Shown here: one piece after another, positions 1 through 11,546 of the stretch | How the letters are laid out: the number at the start of each line of letters is the position of its first letter | Position numbering within the stretch: position 1 is the stretch's first letter | Assembly: GCF_947568905.1 (NCBI RefSeq) | Contig: NC_079173.1 | Location: 32,736,001-32,800,000, forward strand | Length of the DNA stretch: 64,000 nucleotides | Source: Ostrea edulis | Lineage: Eukaryota | Reading direction: 5' to 3' | Made by a program: the position numbers and the translations under genes | The notes under the pieces: model-generated | Told to the model about the DNA's origin: nothing | What the model saw: only the letters and a program-made list of their open reading frames with translations | Database searches by the model: none

Positions 1-897
1 TTTGGGAATATAAAAGACGGTGTGTTTGATTTACAAGAAGATATAAAATTCTTATCTACAGTGCTGAATGGAATCAGCGTGGTTAGTGTGGCGTCCGTTT
101 TCTTAAGTTATTGCTTCTTCAAAAACTTGCGGAGCCCTTCTGGTGTTAATGTACTGTTCGTTTCCTTTTTTCTCTGTTGGTTTCACATAGTAAGGATGCT
201 GGTTAAAATCCTGCAGGATATAGAAACAGCCTGCCTGGTCATTGGCTTTTGTCGTCACTACACGTGGTTGTCAGTCTGCTGCTCGCTTTGTGTGTCAGCT
301 TTTCATCAATTCTTCTTCTTCAGAGGCTACAGTCCCGAAAGCGATGACGCGTCGTCAGAACTAGAAGCACGCTCCCCCGTCCTGCCCCACTTCCTGTTCA
401 GTGGTCTGCTTCCCTTGGTAGTCGTTAGTCTCAATGCTGTATGTTTGTATGTGATCCTATCCGAGCTACAGTACAACCCCACTTCCTGTTTCCTCAGCCA
501 TCAAATTTCTATCATCCTGAGTTTCCTAGCACCCTTGGCTATCACAACCATCGTGACCTTTTCACTCAAATGTGCAACCTTGAAAATGCTCATCTCATCG
601 AATGAGAAATTCGATTTAAAGAGGAAGAGAGTAGAGTTTCTCCTATTATTCAAGTTTGTAACAATCGTCGGCGTCCTCGTTGTTTTTCAGGTAACGGAAT
701 GGTTTGTAAATTCGGATAATTTCTCATTTGTCGTGGATCTGATTATCTCGCTCCAGGGCTGCACTGTTTTACTTGTCTTTTGCTGTTCTTCACACGTGTT
801 TCAACTATGTAAGGTTGAAGGTGAAAACTTGTCCGAGAGCGATTCCATCCCGTCTCTCGAGACTGAGAAACATGGTACCATTGTAGATGATCAGTAA
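1..897 (+). CDS. 7TM domain of an adhesion/secretin-family (7tm_2, Methuselah-like) GPCR; 5' part lies outside the window
   Basis: Frame is open from base 1 to TAA at 895-897. About seven hydrophobic segments. TM1 'LSTVLNGISVVSVASVFLSY', loop 'KNLRSPSGVNV', TM3 'CLVIGFCRHYTWLS', ECL2 'TSCFL', TM7 'ISLQG' match the 7tm_2 pattern. Confidence 0.8.
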   Translation, partial: FGNIKDGVFDLQEDIKFLSTVLNGISVVSVASVFLSYCFFKNLRSPSGVNVLFVSFFLCWFHIVRMLVKILQDIETACLVIGFCRHYTWLSVCCSLCVSAFHQFFFFRGYSPESDDASSELEARSPVLPHFLFSGLLPLVVVSLNAVCLYVILSELQYNPTSCFLSHQISIILSFLAPLAITTIVTFSLKCATLKMLISSNEKFDLKRKRVEFLLLFKFVTIVGVLVVFQVTEWFVNSDNFSFVVDLIISLQGCTVLLVFCCSSHVFQLCKVEGENLSESDSIPSLETEKHGTIVDDQ

Positions 898-1162
898 ATT
901 GAAAATACCAAATATAATGCGATTATTGATTTCCCTGCATTTATTAGAGAACAAAATGTAGGATAATTAGTACATATGTTGTGGATTTTTTTTAAAGGAA
1001 TAAGAATACAAAAACCTTGGATTTTTATATCAGAGACTACAAAATTGTGCAGAAAGATAAATCTTATGAGATTGGCTAGATTCATGAAAAAAGAATATTT
1101 TCATCTTGAATAACTGGGATGAGAAACCATTACTGTTATAAAATCGAGGAATGACGTTATAA

Positions 1163-1256
1163 ATCGATCATCATTCACTGCGGGCGTTCTGAACACGCTC
1201 GTATTAACTATCGATCATCATTCACTGCGGGCGTTCTGAACACGCTCGTATTAACT
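1163..1256. repeat. Perfect 47 bp tandem duplication
   Basis: ATCGATCATCATTCACTGCGGGCGTTCTGAACACGCTCGTATTAACT occurs at 1163-1209 and 1210-1256. Confidence 0.95.
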
Positions 1257-2219
1257 ATAAAAGCAGTTACTTCCTGGGAAAAGTAGGGAGAGGGCTGAAA
1301 AAGGCTATGCCTGCTGCCCAATCCCATTCAATTATTAGTGAATCAAATATTGTTCAAATTAAATTTAAATTCAATTACTTCCTGGAATATACGTGTTATG
1401 GGGGGGGGGGGGGACTGTATTACTCCGCGTGAACAAATACTGGAACACGACAGTTTCTCCAGGATTGTACTGAGTTCTACTGGATTAGAGTCGTTCCTTT
1501 TCACATAGCTTGTACGCATCATTAAGGAGTAGGAGTCGTAAGGATCGGTATTTCACAGCGCATGTCGTGGCGAGACATGACAAAAAACAACTTCTAGGGG
1601 AGGGGAAACATGTTCTAGGAATATAAGGTGTAAAATATGGCAACCAAAGGTGTCAAAATTTTATTATTACAATGCAATCTAAATCACAGTTGAAAAATGT
1701 GATGTGTAAATCACGATGTAACATGAATTCCACTACATTCATCATGAACATCAAGAAAATGAATTCTACGATACAAGCAGAACAATTCGATAAAGATATA
1801 GACTGTGCATTAATTTCAAAAACTAAATAAGGAAATGTTTACGATTGATATCGTTGTTATGAATTAATTATGCCTTTTTTTATTCAAGAAGTCAATTTCA
1901 TTTTTCGAAAATACATGAGGGCCTTCACACCAGTCAACTTTATGTAGCGCAGTAGCGTTTTCATTTTTGTTTCAAAGTACTTTAGAATGGAAATTATTGA
2001 ATTTCATGGAGATAGAAATATCTAAGACTGTTTAAACATTTAAAGCTGGATATGGATGGAATACACCTATTCCAGATAATAAAGCTGGGTCCCGCTTTTG
2101 GACCTCTCATATATTGTCAGGATTTATGAGACACCGTTGGTTCGGTTCTTGATATTAACAATGTTTCAGACGTTTTACATTCCTTCGCCTAGTCAACTAA
2201 ATCAGAAGTGAAAATGACG

Positions 2220-2365
2220 TGTCTTACGGATATGATCTGAAGAACGGAAGTCCTACGTCACGGTAGGCTTTGGCACGACAAAGAAACCTAAAGCTGGTGA
2301 CGTCACTACATGTGCGAAATGATTCTTGAATGGGTTGAATGGGACGTCAAACAACATACAAACAT
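2220..2365 (+). mobile_element. Degenerate 3' part of a tRNA-derived SINE (same family as 19466-19807)
   Basis: Resembles the reverse complement of 19470-19660 (GGATATGA..AACGG..GGCACGACAAAGAA..GGGACGTCAAACAAC). Confidence 0.55.
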
Positions 2366-4769
2366 TACTTCAAGACCAACGAGATATTCACTAAAAGCGA
2401 AACCGTTACCGCAAAATGGGACACTCCATGACCTTCTCAAAAACCACATGTCTTTTCCAGCTTCCCATTAAACCCAATGCATGTGCATGTATTTGAAAAC
2501 ATTGTATATAGGTATTGTATGTATATATGTATTATGTTTCATGTGTGGTTTCCCCTAAAACTTAACTAATATTGAACTCCGATTCTTAATCAGATCGATC
2601 ATAGGATGACCAAATTAGTTTATTATTTGTTTTGTAAACAAAGATTGCGTTATGTTATTGTTTACGAAGTTTTCAAAAGAAATGGATATTGATCTAAATT
2701 TATCATATCTATCACATTTCAAGTATACGTTAGATAAAATGTGTCATCTAGCAGCTAAATTTGTGACTGTGTAAAATTAAGATGCTTTAGATTACAACAT
2801 TAACATTGCCTTTAAAGACTTCATTCACACTGCACAGATTTAAGCCTAAATAATTACTTTTATTCTTGCATTCATCAGGTCAAAATTTGGGTTGTCAACA
2901 TTGATTGAGTTACATTTTAATATCTAACATCAAAACTAAAAATTGTGTGTGTGTGTGTGGGGGGGGGGGGGGGTCTTCAAAAAACGTGAACCAATCTTTT
3001 TAAAATCCCAAATTTGAATGAAATATGAAATTATTGATTTCTTTAAACTTAGATCCGCCCACTTTGGTTCACTACATGTTCAGTGGAACAATGGACAGTG
3101 TAAGCGCTTCTAGGGTAAGTTTTAAATTTTCTTTCGCCATAAACCAGTGTGCGGATCCAAGGACAACGTAGGTGTGTACTCGATAAACACACCATGACAC
3201 AAAATTACAAGCTGACTCAACAGATAATGGTTTTGTGCAAATGGTTTATTTTGAAATTCGCATGATTTGTATCACTATGATCGTTTGAATGTTGTTTAAG
3301 TATAAGTATATGTTTGTGACGGCATTGATTATGTTAGGGTGCTTCTACTGCTGCGATTGGTTCAAGTTCTAACAGGTTCCCGGTCTACACAAAGAAATCT
3401 GGGTACAGTTGTAGCTCTCATAACGATGATTTCCGTTATTGCTTCTGGTAGGGAAGAACTTCAAGACAATCACAATCCCTTACTAAATGCATTTCTTTGG
3501 AAGTTTCTTAGTTAGCAAGGATTTAGGACTCACACGTTTGATCTTAGTTGTAAAGCGAATCCATTGGTGTGTTGCTGTTTTTCTTATTCTGTGGTTAGAG
3601 GCTAATATAGTCTATGGCAAATCCTTTGAACTCAGGGTGATATCAAATTCAGTTATTTCGCAATATGGTGACGTATTACATGTACGTCTAAGATTTTTTT
3701 TTGTTCTCGATTGAAAGGAAAAGGTCGAACATTTTCCGATTGGCGGGAGGGAATATAGCGAAACGTACCCTCTGGTCAGAAAATAGTTGTTTAAACCTCT
3801 TCGCCGTATACTGCACTATCAAACATTGGTTATTGTGTTGAAAGTAAACATACCTATAAAGGAATATATTTCATAACACTTACATAGTCTTTTGTATGCC
3901 CGTGGAATATATATGAATTAGTACATACATAAACGAAAACATTCACTTTTTAGATAAAGCTTTGCCCCAAGAAAAACCACATGTTGCAGCACTTGAAAAC
4001 CATTGCATTTCACTGAATTTCGATATGATGCCGGGAAATATTGTATTTACTGTAGGTATACATAAAATGGCATAGTCTCTTTACAAAATGGTATGATCCA
4101 ATAAGTGTTGACCAAAATAATTTGTAATGGTTTTCTAAGAACTGGATTTGTAACTGTAACAGTATTCACTTCCGATATCACAGCACTCCTATAGATGTTA
4201 TACTGTTTGTAGTTTTCTTGTAGACGTAAGTTGAATTTGTTTCATACAGTAGTGATTATGAGGTCCACTCACAGTCCCTCACGACATTTGACAAGAGGCA
4301 TAGATTTTCTAAAGGTCGTTTTTAAATGTCTTCATTTTACTTCTATTGTTTTCACCTAGTCGACGATGATGCATTTATAGGAGTGCACTGTTGTCTTTTA
4401 TAAAGTTACATTATTTTCAATCATTTGTTTCTTCATTTTCTACATGTATCGTTGTATTAAAACCATATAAAATGCGTCCTGCATTAAAGACGGAGTATCC
4501 GGCAGTTTTATTCATGTGTTGTGTTTTATATCATAGGGAGGAAAAATAACTCAAAGGCTTCGATAATCAGTAAATTAAAGAAGAAGAAACATGTACACAT
4601 TATTCTCGTATATATTTTTTACTATCATTTTCTAATCTAGAGACTCGTCAACAAGCTCCTGTGGAATCTAGTACATGGAGATGGATCAATGGCAGTTAAA
4701 AGATATGATTATGCGAAAACAATTTATGAAAATCTTCACGCAGAAAGAGAAAATGTAGATTATCTACCT

Positions 4770-5100
4770 ATCATTGGGTCAAATGGTTTCTGACATGTTA
4801 CATACCGACTGTTTGGCCGTTCCTGGCACACTGATTTTGACTACGGATTACTCCGTTTACTTCATCAAGATATAGGGCTTTCGGCGGGTGTGACCGGTCG
4901 ACAGGGGATGCTTACTCCTCCTAGGCACCTGAACCCACCTCTGGTACTTCCAGGGGTCCGAATTTACCCAACTCTTTATTTTGTATTCCTTATGGGAGTT
5001 ATGAGATTATTTAATATTAAAATTTATTAAGCAGACAATTTTACGAACAAAAATGAATTGATTTGAGATTGATCACTGTTCGTTATCTTCATCTTTTATC
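4770..5100 (+). mobile_element. 3' end repeat of a Penelope-like (Naiad-type?) retroelement family
   Basis: CATACCGA..GGCACACTGATTTTGACTACGG..GGCGGGTGTGACCGGTCGACAGGGGATGCTTACTCCTCCTAGGCACCTGA. Near-identical copy at 24371-24603 and further copies at ~29500, ~44320 and ~60690. The 5' edge resembles the sequence following the RT remnant at ~62500. Confidence 0.6.
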
Positions 5101-5234
5101 AGATAAAAATGAACATTTTAAAGTTTTAATGTGCAATAACTGATCTCGTTGCAATCCAACAGCATTGAAGTCGCTGTCATAGTAACTAGGTATATTAAAT
5201 CTTTCGCAAATATTCATAAGTCCTGGTGTTTATT

Positions 5235-5657
5235 AACAAGAGGCCCAGGGGCCTTATAGGTCACCTGAGTATCATGTAACAACCTTCCAATGTTTGAATT
5301 AGGTTTGTGTTTAAATATAAGAATTTTACTTTTGGATGGAAGAAACATTGAATAGCTATGTGGTCAGCCCGGCCTTTGCACCAGAACCCCTGACCCAGGG
5401 GCCATAAATTTCAGTTTTGAAAGAAGCATCCTTGATCATCATTAGCATACTATTAGTTTGTCTACTTAATACCCAGCAGCAGAGGAGAAGATTTTCAAAG
5501 AAATAAAATGCATTTTCACTATATGATCAATAGGGCCCCATCCTAATACCAGAACCCCTGACCCAGGGGCCATGAATTTCACAATTTTGAAAGAGGCATC
5601 CTTGCTCATCATAACCATGCTATTGGTTTGTCTACTTTTAAGAAAATACCCAAGGAC

Positions 5658-5707
<50 letters not shown>

Positions 5708-6884
5708 GAGCCCCACCCTAGCACCAGAACCCCTGATCCAGGGGCCATGAATTTCACAATTTTTAACAAGAGGTACTGTGAGCAATGCTCACTAAGAATA
5801 CCCCCCCCCCCCCCCCCGCTTACCCCAATCTCCCAAAGGGTGTTGGTAATAGGTATAAACTACCTCTTTTCTGAGTGTTGCTACTTCGATGTCCAGTGCA
5901 CATGACCTTTGACCTTTTGACCCCAAAATCGATAGGGAACATCTTCATCCCATGGGTAGTCCATATGTTTGATATGGTGACTGTAGGTGGAAAGGATAAC
6001 GCTTTAGAGCCCGGAAACCATATTGCTACTTTAATGTCCAGTGCGCTTGACCTTTGACCTTTTGACCCCAAAATCGATAGGGAACATCTTCATCCTATGG
6101 GTAGTCCATATATATGATATGGTGACTGTAGGTGGAAAGGATAACACTTTAGAGCCCGGAAACCATATTGCTACTTCGATGTCCAGTGTGCTTGACCTTT
6201 GACCTTTTGACCCCAAAATCGATAGGGAACATCTTCATCCCATGGGTAATCCATATATATGATATGGTGACGGTAGGTGGAAAGGATAATGCTTTAGAGC
6301 CCGGAAACCATTGCGTCTACAGACGGACGGACGGACGGACAGACGGACAACCCGATTCCAGTATACCCCCCCCCCCCACAACTTGTTGCGGGGGTATAAA
6401 GAGGCATCCTTGCTCATCATTACCATGCTATTAGTTTGTCTACTTAATACCCAGAGACAGAGAAGAAGATTTTCAAAGAATTTCTACACTTTCACTATAT
6501 GACCAATAGAGCCCCACCCTAACACAAGAACCCCTGCCCCAGGGGCCATGAATTTCACAATTTTGGTAGAAGGCTCAACGCTCATTATAATTATGCCCAC
6601 AGTTTGGCTTCTTGATGTCCAGGAGTAAAGAAGAAGATTTTTTAAAATTACACTCATTTTGATGGTTTTTGCCCCACCCCTCAGACCCCAGGGGAGCAGG
6701 GACCACGAATTTCACAATTTTTGTTCCCCTCCACCCACAGATGCTATATGCCAAAATTGGTTGAAATTGGTTCAGGGGTTTCAGAGAAGAAGCTGAAAAT
6801 GTTCAAATGTTAACGCACGACGCACGACGACGGACAAAAACAGATAGCAATAGGTCACCTGAATTCATTCAGGTGACCTAAAAA
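5235..6884 (-). mobile_element. Non-autonomous Helentron (HINE) with Cg170-like ~170 bp satellite core; hosts a nested element
   Basis: Subterminal AGGTCACCTGA motifs at ~5259 and ~6852-6878, hairpin GGCCCAGGGGCC, AACAAG end, (GACG)n-like microsatellite near 6815, monomers at 5381/5549/5724. Confidence 0.75.
5765..6400 (-). mobile_element. Nested HINE with 145 bp tandem core
   Basis: AACAAG end, hairpin GTGAGCAATGCTCAC, 145 bp monomers at 5891/6036/6181, (GGAC)n microsatellite, GGGGGTATAAA end. The host monomer resumes at GAGGCATCC (6401). Confidence 0.8.
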
Positions 6885-7379
6885 TCAAATAAATAGTTAT
6901 TTGGAAATCTGTTACTAAACCAGCAATCCAATACCAGTAAAATAGGTATCATGATATCCATACCAAACTTATATAAACTTATTCTGTGAAGAATAAAGAG
7001 AATTCTCAACAAGATCATAAGTCAGATTTGATTAAAAAGCTACTTTATGAGTAAAGGCAGATTTTAAAAACTAGAAATATATATGAACATATTATACTTT
7101 GCAAATATTTATGGACAAAAATGTGTTTTGAAAATGAAAAAAAAAATGTTAATGCACGTGCCTACTCGAGCCTAACGAAGCTAGGTTGTAAACAAACATC
7201 AGGCTCCATGACCATAAACTGAGAATAAACTTAAGACAGTAACAAGCTTCTTACACAAATACTTTATCGACATATTGAATCATATCACTGTTCGTGATCT
7301 TCACCTCTTCATCAAAATCATAATGAATTTCATCGACTTATATGTATCAACAGTATATGGAGAGATCAAGTTCAATTTA

Positions 7380-7660
7380 ACTTATCTATTCTCAGTTTAC
7401 TGTGATGTACATAGGGCTTTTGATGCTTATTGACCTTGGGAAAAAGGATACGGTATCATGAAATTTACCTCTCAACTATTCATTCATTCAATTTTATGGA
7501 AAATCAATGAAAAATGTAATTTTTACATCTAGGAATATCCAAAGTAACCTGTTATATAAAATTTCTTTTGATAAATGATTTCCATACAGACGGGGATGTA
7601 GACAAGGAATGTCTGTATCACCGTATCTATTCATACTATGTTCAGAAATACTTGATTCTC
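7380..7660 (+). pseudogene. Decayed L1/Tx1-clade reverse transcriptase fragment
   Basis: 7591-7653 translates to RGCRQGMSVSPYLFILCSEIL (cf. RGCRQGDPLSPYLF). A 'DVHRAFD' (cf. DFEKAFD) motif lies near 7405. Confidence 0.7.
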
Positions 7661-8422
7661 ACCCGAGTTCTGTAGAATTGTCTTTTTTTTCTACGTGATA
7701 TTGAAGGGGAATTATGAAATAAAAAAGAAAAACTGGGTCTCAGTGATTGTTATTGGGGTACGGTGTGTTATACTTAGAGATTACTTATGATTTATTTACA
7801 TAAACTCGATTTGTCTGTTGGCAATACAACAGACACAACACATATCAATAATTATACCTAATTAATACACATATACTAATCTTACCTAGCAATGCAGATG
7901 TAAAACGCTTAATGCTCGTAGATTGGAAATAAATAATTACCATTTTGCACTTGATATACGGAAAAATTCATCATATAGAATTTGAGAACTCAATTGAATA
8001 TATTAGGAGCATTGTCAATTTTTGATTTTAAAGACGTTAAATGTGTTCTGTTTGGAAAATATATCAACCAAATTAATAGATTTACAACATTTGAATTAGT
8101 TCAACATTTGTATCAACAATGACATAATTATCAAATTGAAAAGCACTTTTAGGGGTACAGTATGAATATTGACGATATATTGAATAAAACAGAACTGTAA
8201 AATCGTGCAGATTTGGAACTTCTTTATTAAACAATCTTTCCGACACAAAATTTAGTCCCTTCCAAACCCTTTTAAAATTTCAATTGAAATGAATTTTTCT
8301 TTCAACTGGGTACGTTTAAGTAATACATATGTAATACGTGTGGACCAATGACACGATTACCTACATGTACATAGTTAAATCATCTTGCGCAGTTGTGCTC
8401 AGAAGCGGAGGAGCTGTCTTCC

Positions 8423-8641
8423 TTAAAAGAATATAACGAAGTTTGATTTGTTATCCCATCAAATTAGTACTGAGAGATCCTTAGGTCAGCTGATTCCATT
8501 AACAGAAACTTCAGTAATGCATCAAGTCCAAAACTGCTTTATCCATGGGTGGGTAGTCCCACGTGGTGGGCATCTGATCCTTCAGTACTAATTTGATTCC
8601 AATCAAACTTCATCTACGAAGTTACTAGTATATTCCTTTAA
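8423..8641. mobile_element. TTAA-flanked MITE (Kolobok-like)
   Basis: TTAA at 8423-8426 and 8638-8641. Imperfect inverted arms GAATATA..GAAGTTTGATT..ATCAAATTAGTACTGA / TCAGTACTAATTTGAT..AATCAAACTTC..TATATTCC. Confidence 0.45.
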
Positions 8642-9199
8642 TTAACAAAATTCTTTCAAATCAAACGGTATCCCATTTAGGCAGACTTAACTCTAAGTTT
8701 GAAAGTCACAGTAATATCAAACATAAAAGTGTTAACGCAAAAAAGGTTCATATGATTGTATTTGATTGATGTAAAAGAAAGTACATGTATAATTTCCGGA
8801 AGTGACGTTGTTCATGGCCAACAGGAAAAAAGAGGGAAGGAGACAAAAAGTATTCGCGAAAAACTGTCCAATGTTCCTGGTTATGTGCGTCGATGAGGTT
8901 TATCTTTATGGTGAATCAATTGACAGGGCAGATATTGGCTAAACCCGTACCTTGTTCTTACAGGATTAGAAAGACCTTTGGGGTGGGTGGCGATAAAAGC
9001 AGATTGAAACGAAGTTTTGAGTAATAATTCGTATCATTCCTTTGGGAGGGGGGAGGGTATCAGGGGATGGTATGGTATAGACCCCTGCTATCTTTACTAC
9101 AAACAACATTAAAGATTCCCGTGGATAACCCTAATAAACAATTGCTCGGATAAGCAATTAGGACTTACGGCATCGCATGCTCGAATTCAGCAAAAACCT

Positions 9200-9320
9200 G
9201 GTGGAAATCAATGTAACTGTCAACCAGGATCTAATGAAGACCCGCGACAAACTTTCAGATGAGACAAGGATACTAGTAAAATCAGGTGAAGCCAAATCTT
9301 TTGTAAGGGATAGAAAATGT
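9200..9320 (+). pseudogene. LINE ORF1 C-terminal remnant
   Basis: Translates to NVTVNQDLMKTRDKLSDETRILVKSGEAKSFVRDRK, resembling the 'INEDLT..R..L...R.L.K.G' motif of LINE ORF1 proteins. Confidence 0.4.
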
Positions 9321-10133
9321 TAGAGATCGATCAGTGACAAAAAGCACAAAATTCTTTGTCCGGATAGAACTCCTCACTCACCTCAATCTCCAACGTGAAT
9401 ATTTGAGTTACTCGTCTGTAAGGAGACCTGAAATGCATTCTCCTAATGAATAAACTTTTAATGAACTCCACTTGTGTCGAACAAATACCACCTCTTATAC
9501 ATGAACACAGACAAATTACTCTTAAGTACCTGTCATATTCCCGATTTATCTGTGTTTGTGTTAGAAAGTGCACATGGGGAAATGAGAAATATTTTTATGT
9601 TGTTTCGGTAGTATAACTCCTTACTAATAGCAAGTACAACAGCTCAAAATGGAAGAGTTTTAAAAAAAATATTTAAATGTTAGATGCAAGTCTTCATTAC
9701 TTCATATATATAAAGCACTGAAGAACCAACAACATTCAGTATCCAAAACTGTCGGATCTATATTAAATAGATACAATGGTCAGGGAAAATAATTATATAA
9801 AGCACTAGAATGACCAACGACATGAACAATTGGAATTGTCAAATTTTCGGGACAACCTGTCCCTTCGTCAGGACGTGAAAGGATTACATTATGGAGAAAA
9901 CACAAATATAATTAACAATAAGCACTAAAGCTACACTACAAAACTAGCTAAACACTTTTCCAGCGGATTACATGTTGCAGGCTTTGTTATTAACTCAAAA
10001 AAGAATAACAATCAGGGTGTCTGGTCACCGTGGTATCAGTCGGTAAAGTGTGAAATTAATTAATGGACGAACAAACTTGGCTGATCAAAATCAAAATCAA
10101 TTCCAATTGTTCATGTCGTTGGTCACTCTAGTG

Positions 10134-10184
<51 letters not shown>

Positions 10185-11116
10185 CCGTCCCATGCAAAAA
10201 GGGCCCTTATGTATATTGACGTCATAATGAGAAAAACGCTGGTAAAGATAACGTCATTATTTGCAAGTTGCGTCTGTTACTTATGTTTGCAATGCTGTCA
10301 ATATAACGTGATTGTGTTTATATAAATCATCTGGAACGATGCCGACATGTACCTGGAATTAACAAGAGGAAAACATGGACTTTTTAGAGGTGAGTTTTAT
10401 ATAAACAGACATAACCAATATTGTCTTGGTGACAATTAGGCCTATAAAATATTTCGATGCACAAGATTTGGGATCCGCGCATATGTTGACGGGTACTGCA
10501 GGTGCACTTCAATCTAAGATCATATGTATCCACATATATATACATGCAATTTTACGCATTAAGCAGATTAAACAAATCAAATGATACAATTTAGAGATTT
10601 GTCATTTAAGTGAAAAATACTTATTTTACCGATATTCATTAAAACATAAATCAATGACGTACGTTTGTTTACATTCGCGATTGTTGAGCTCCGTGCATGT
10701 ACATGTGTTTATATATGTCCCGCTTGTGATATCCTAGTTATTTTTCATAAAGTTTTTAAAAAGACAAATAATTAATTGTTCTTATATCATAATGGGGTTA
10801 TCATCTGGCTTTCTAAACTTTATTTAGTGCCTAAAATGACTTGTTTTCATCGCGGCTATTTATAGGTAAATGGATAAAATTTAGAGTTACGTCCCGCTGT
10901 TTTCGTATCTCATAGGCGGATTCACCGGTGGCTACTCAAAAATTAAATAAACAATGATCATATTAAATTCAAAAAAATAATAAAGAATTAATCTTTTCAA
11001 ATTCATCAACAATTTTTAAAGTAAAGTTTTGTTTCAACAAATAAATATATAAATATTTGAATACATAAATCCAGTTTAATAAGAATGACCATAGTGGATG
11101 ACCCCTTATTACTCTT

Positions 11117-11120
<4 letters not shown>

Positions 11121-11167
<47 letters not shown>
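11121..11167. repeat. (GA)n microsatellite inside the transposon
   Basis: Direct reading. Confidence 0.95.
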
Positions 11168-11171
<4 letters not shown>

Positions 11172-11546
11172 GGACTTAAAATTAGAAAGACTGAATACAA
11201 TTTTGTCTATCAAATGCGGTTATTATTAATCGAAATATGCAGAGTGCAGAGCAGTTTTCTGCATGTAGAATTGCGATCAAAGTAGATTGATAATATATAT
11301 GCCGTCGTACACGTTTATTCAGATAAAATATTTCTGTAGTTAGGTGCTTATTTCAGTCTTGTATTCAATTGATCAACATGCTAATGATAAATAAAAATAC
11401 TATTTACTGGATTTCTATTTAATGAATAGCTCATAAACAATCTAATACTTATAATAATAAAAAAGATATTACCATTTTGTGCTGAGATCAACAACTTGTC
11501 AAAATTTAAATTCAGTACTACTGTAAAATCTCTGTTTGTAATATGA

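Noticed and set aside
3300-3720. Decayed coding sequence on the minus strand
   Set aside because: Stops in every frame and no recognisable motif.
5466-6502. Cluster of overlapping short ORFs
   Set aside because: All are translations of HINE satellite monomers. The same applies to 40793-41835, 51356-51571 and 59053-59481.
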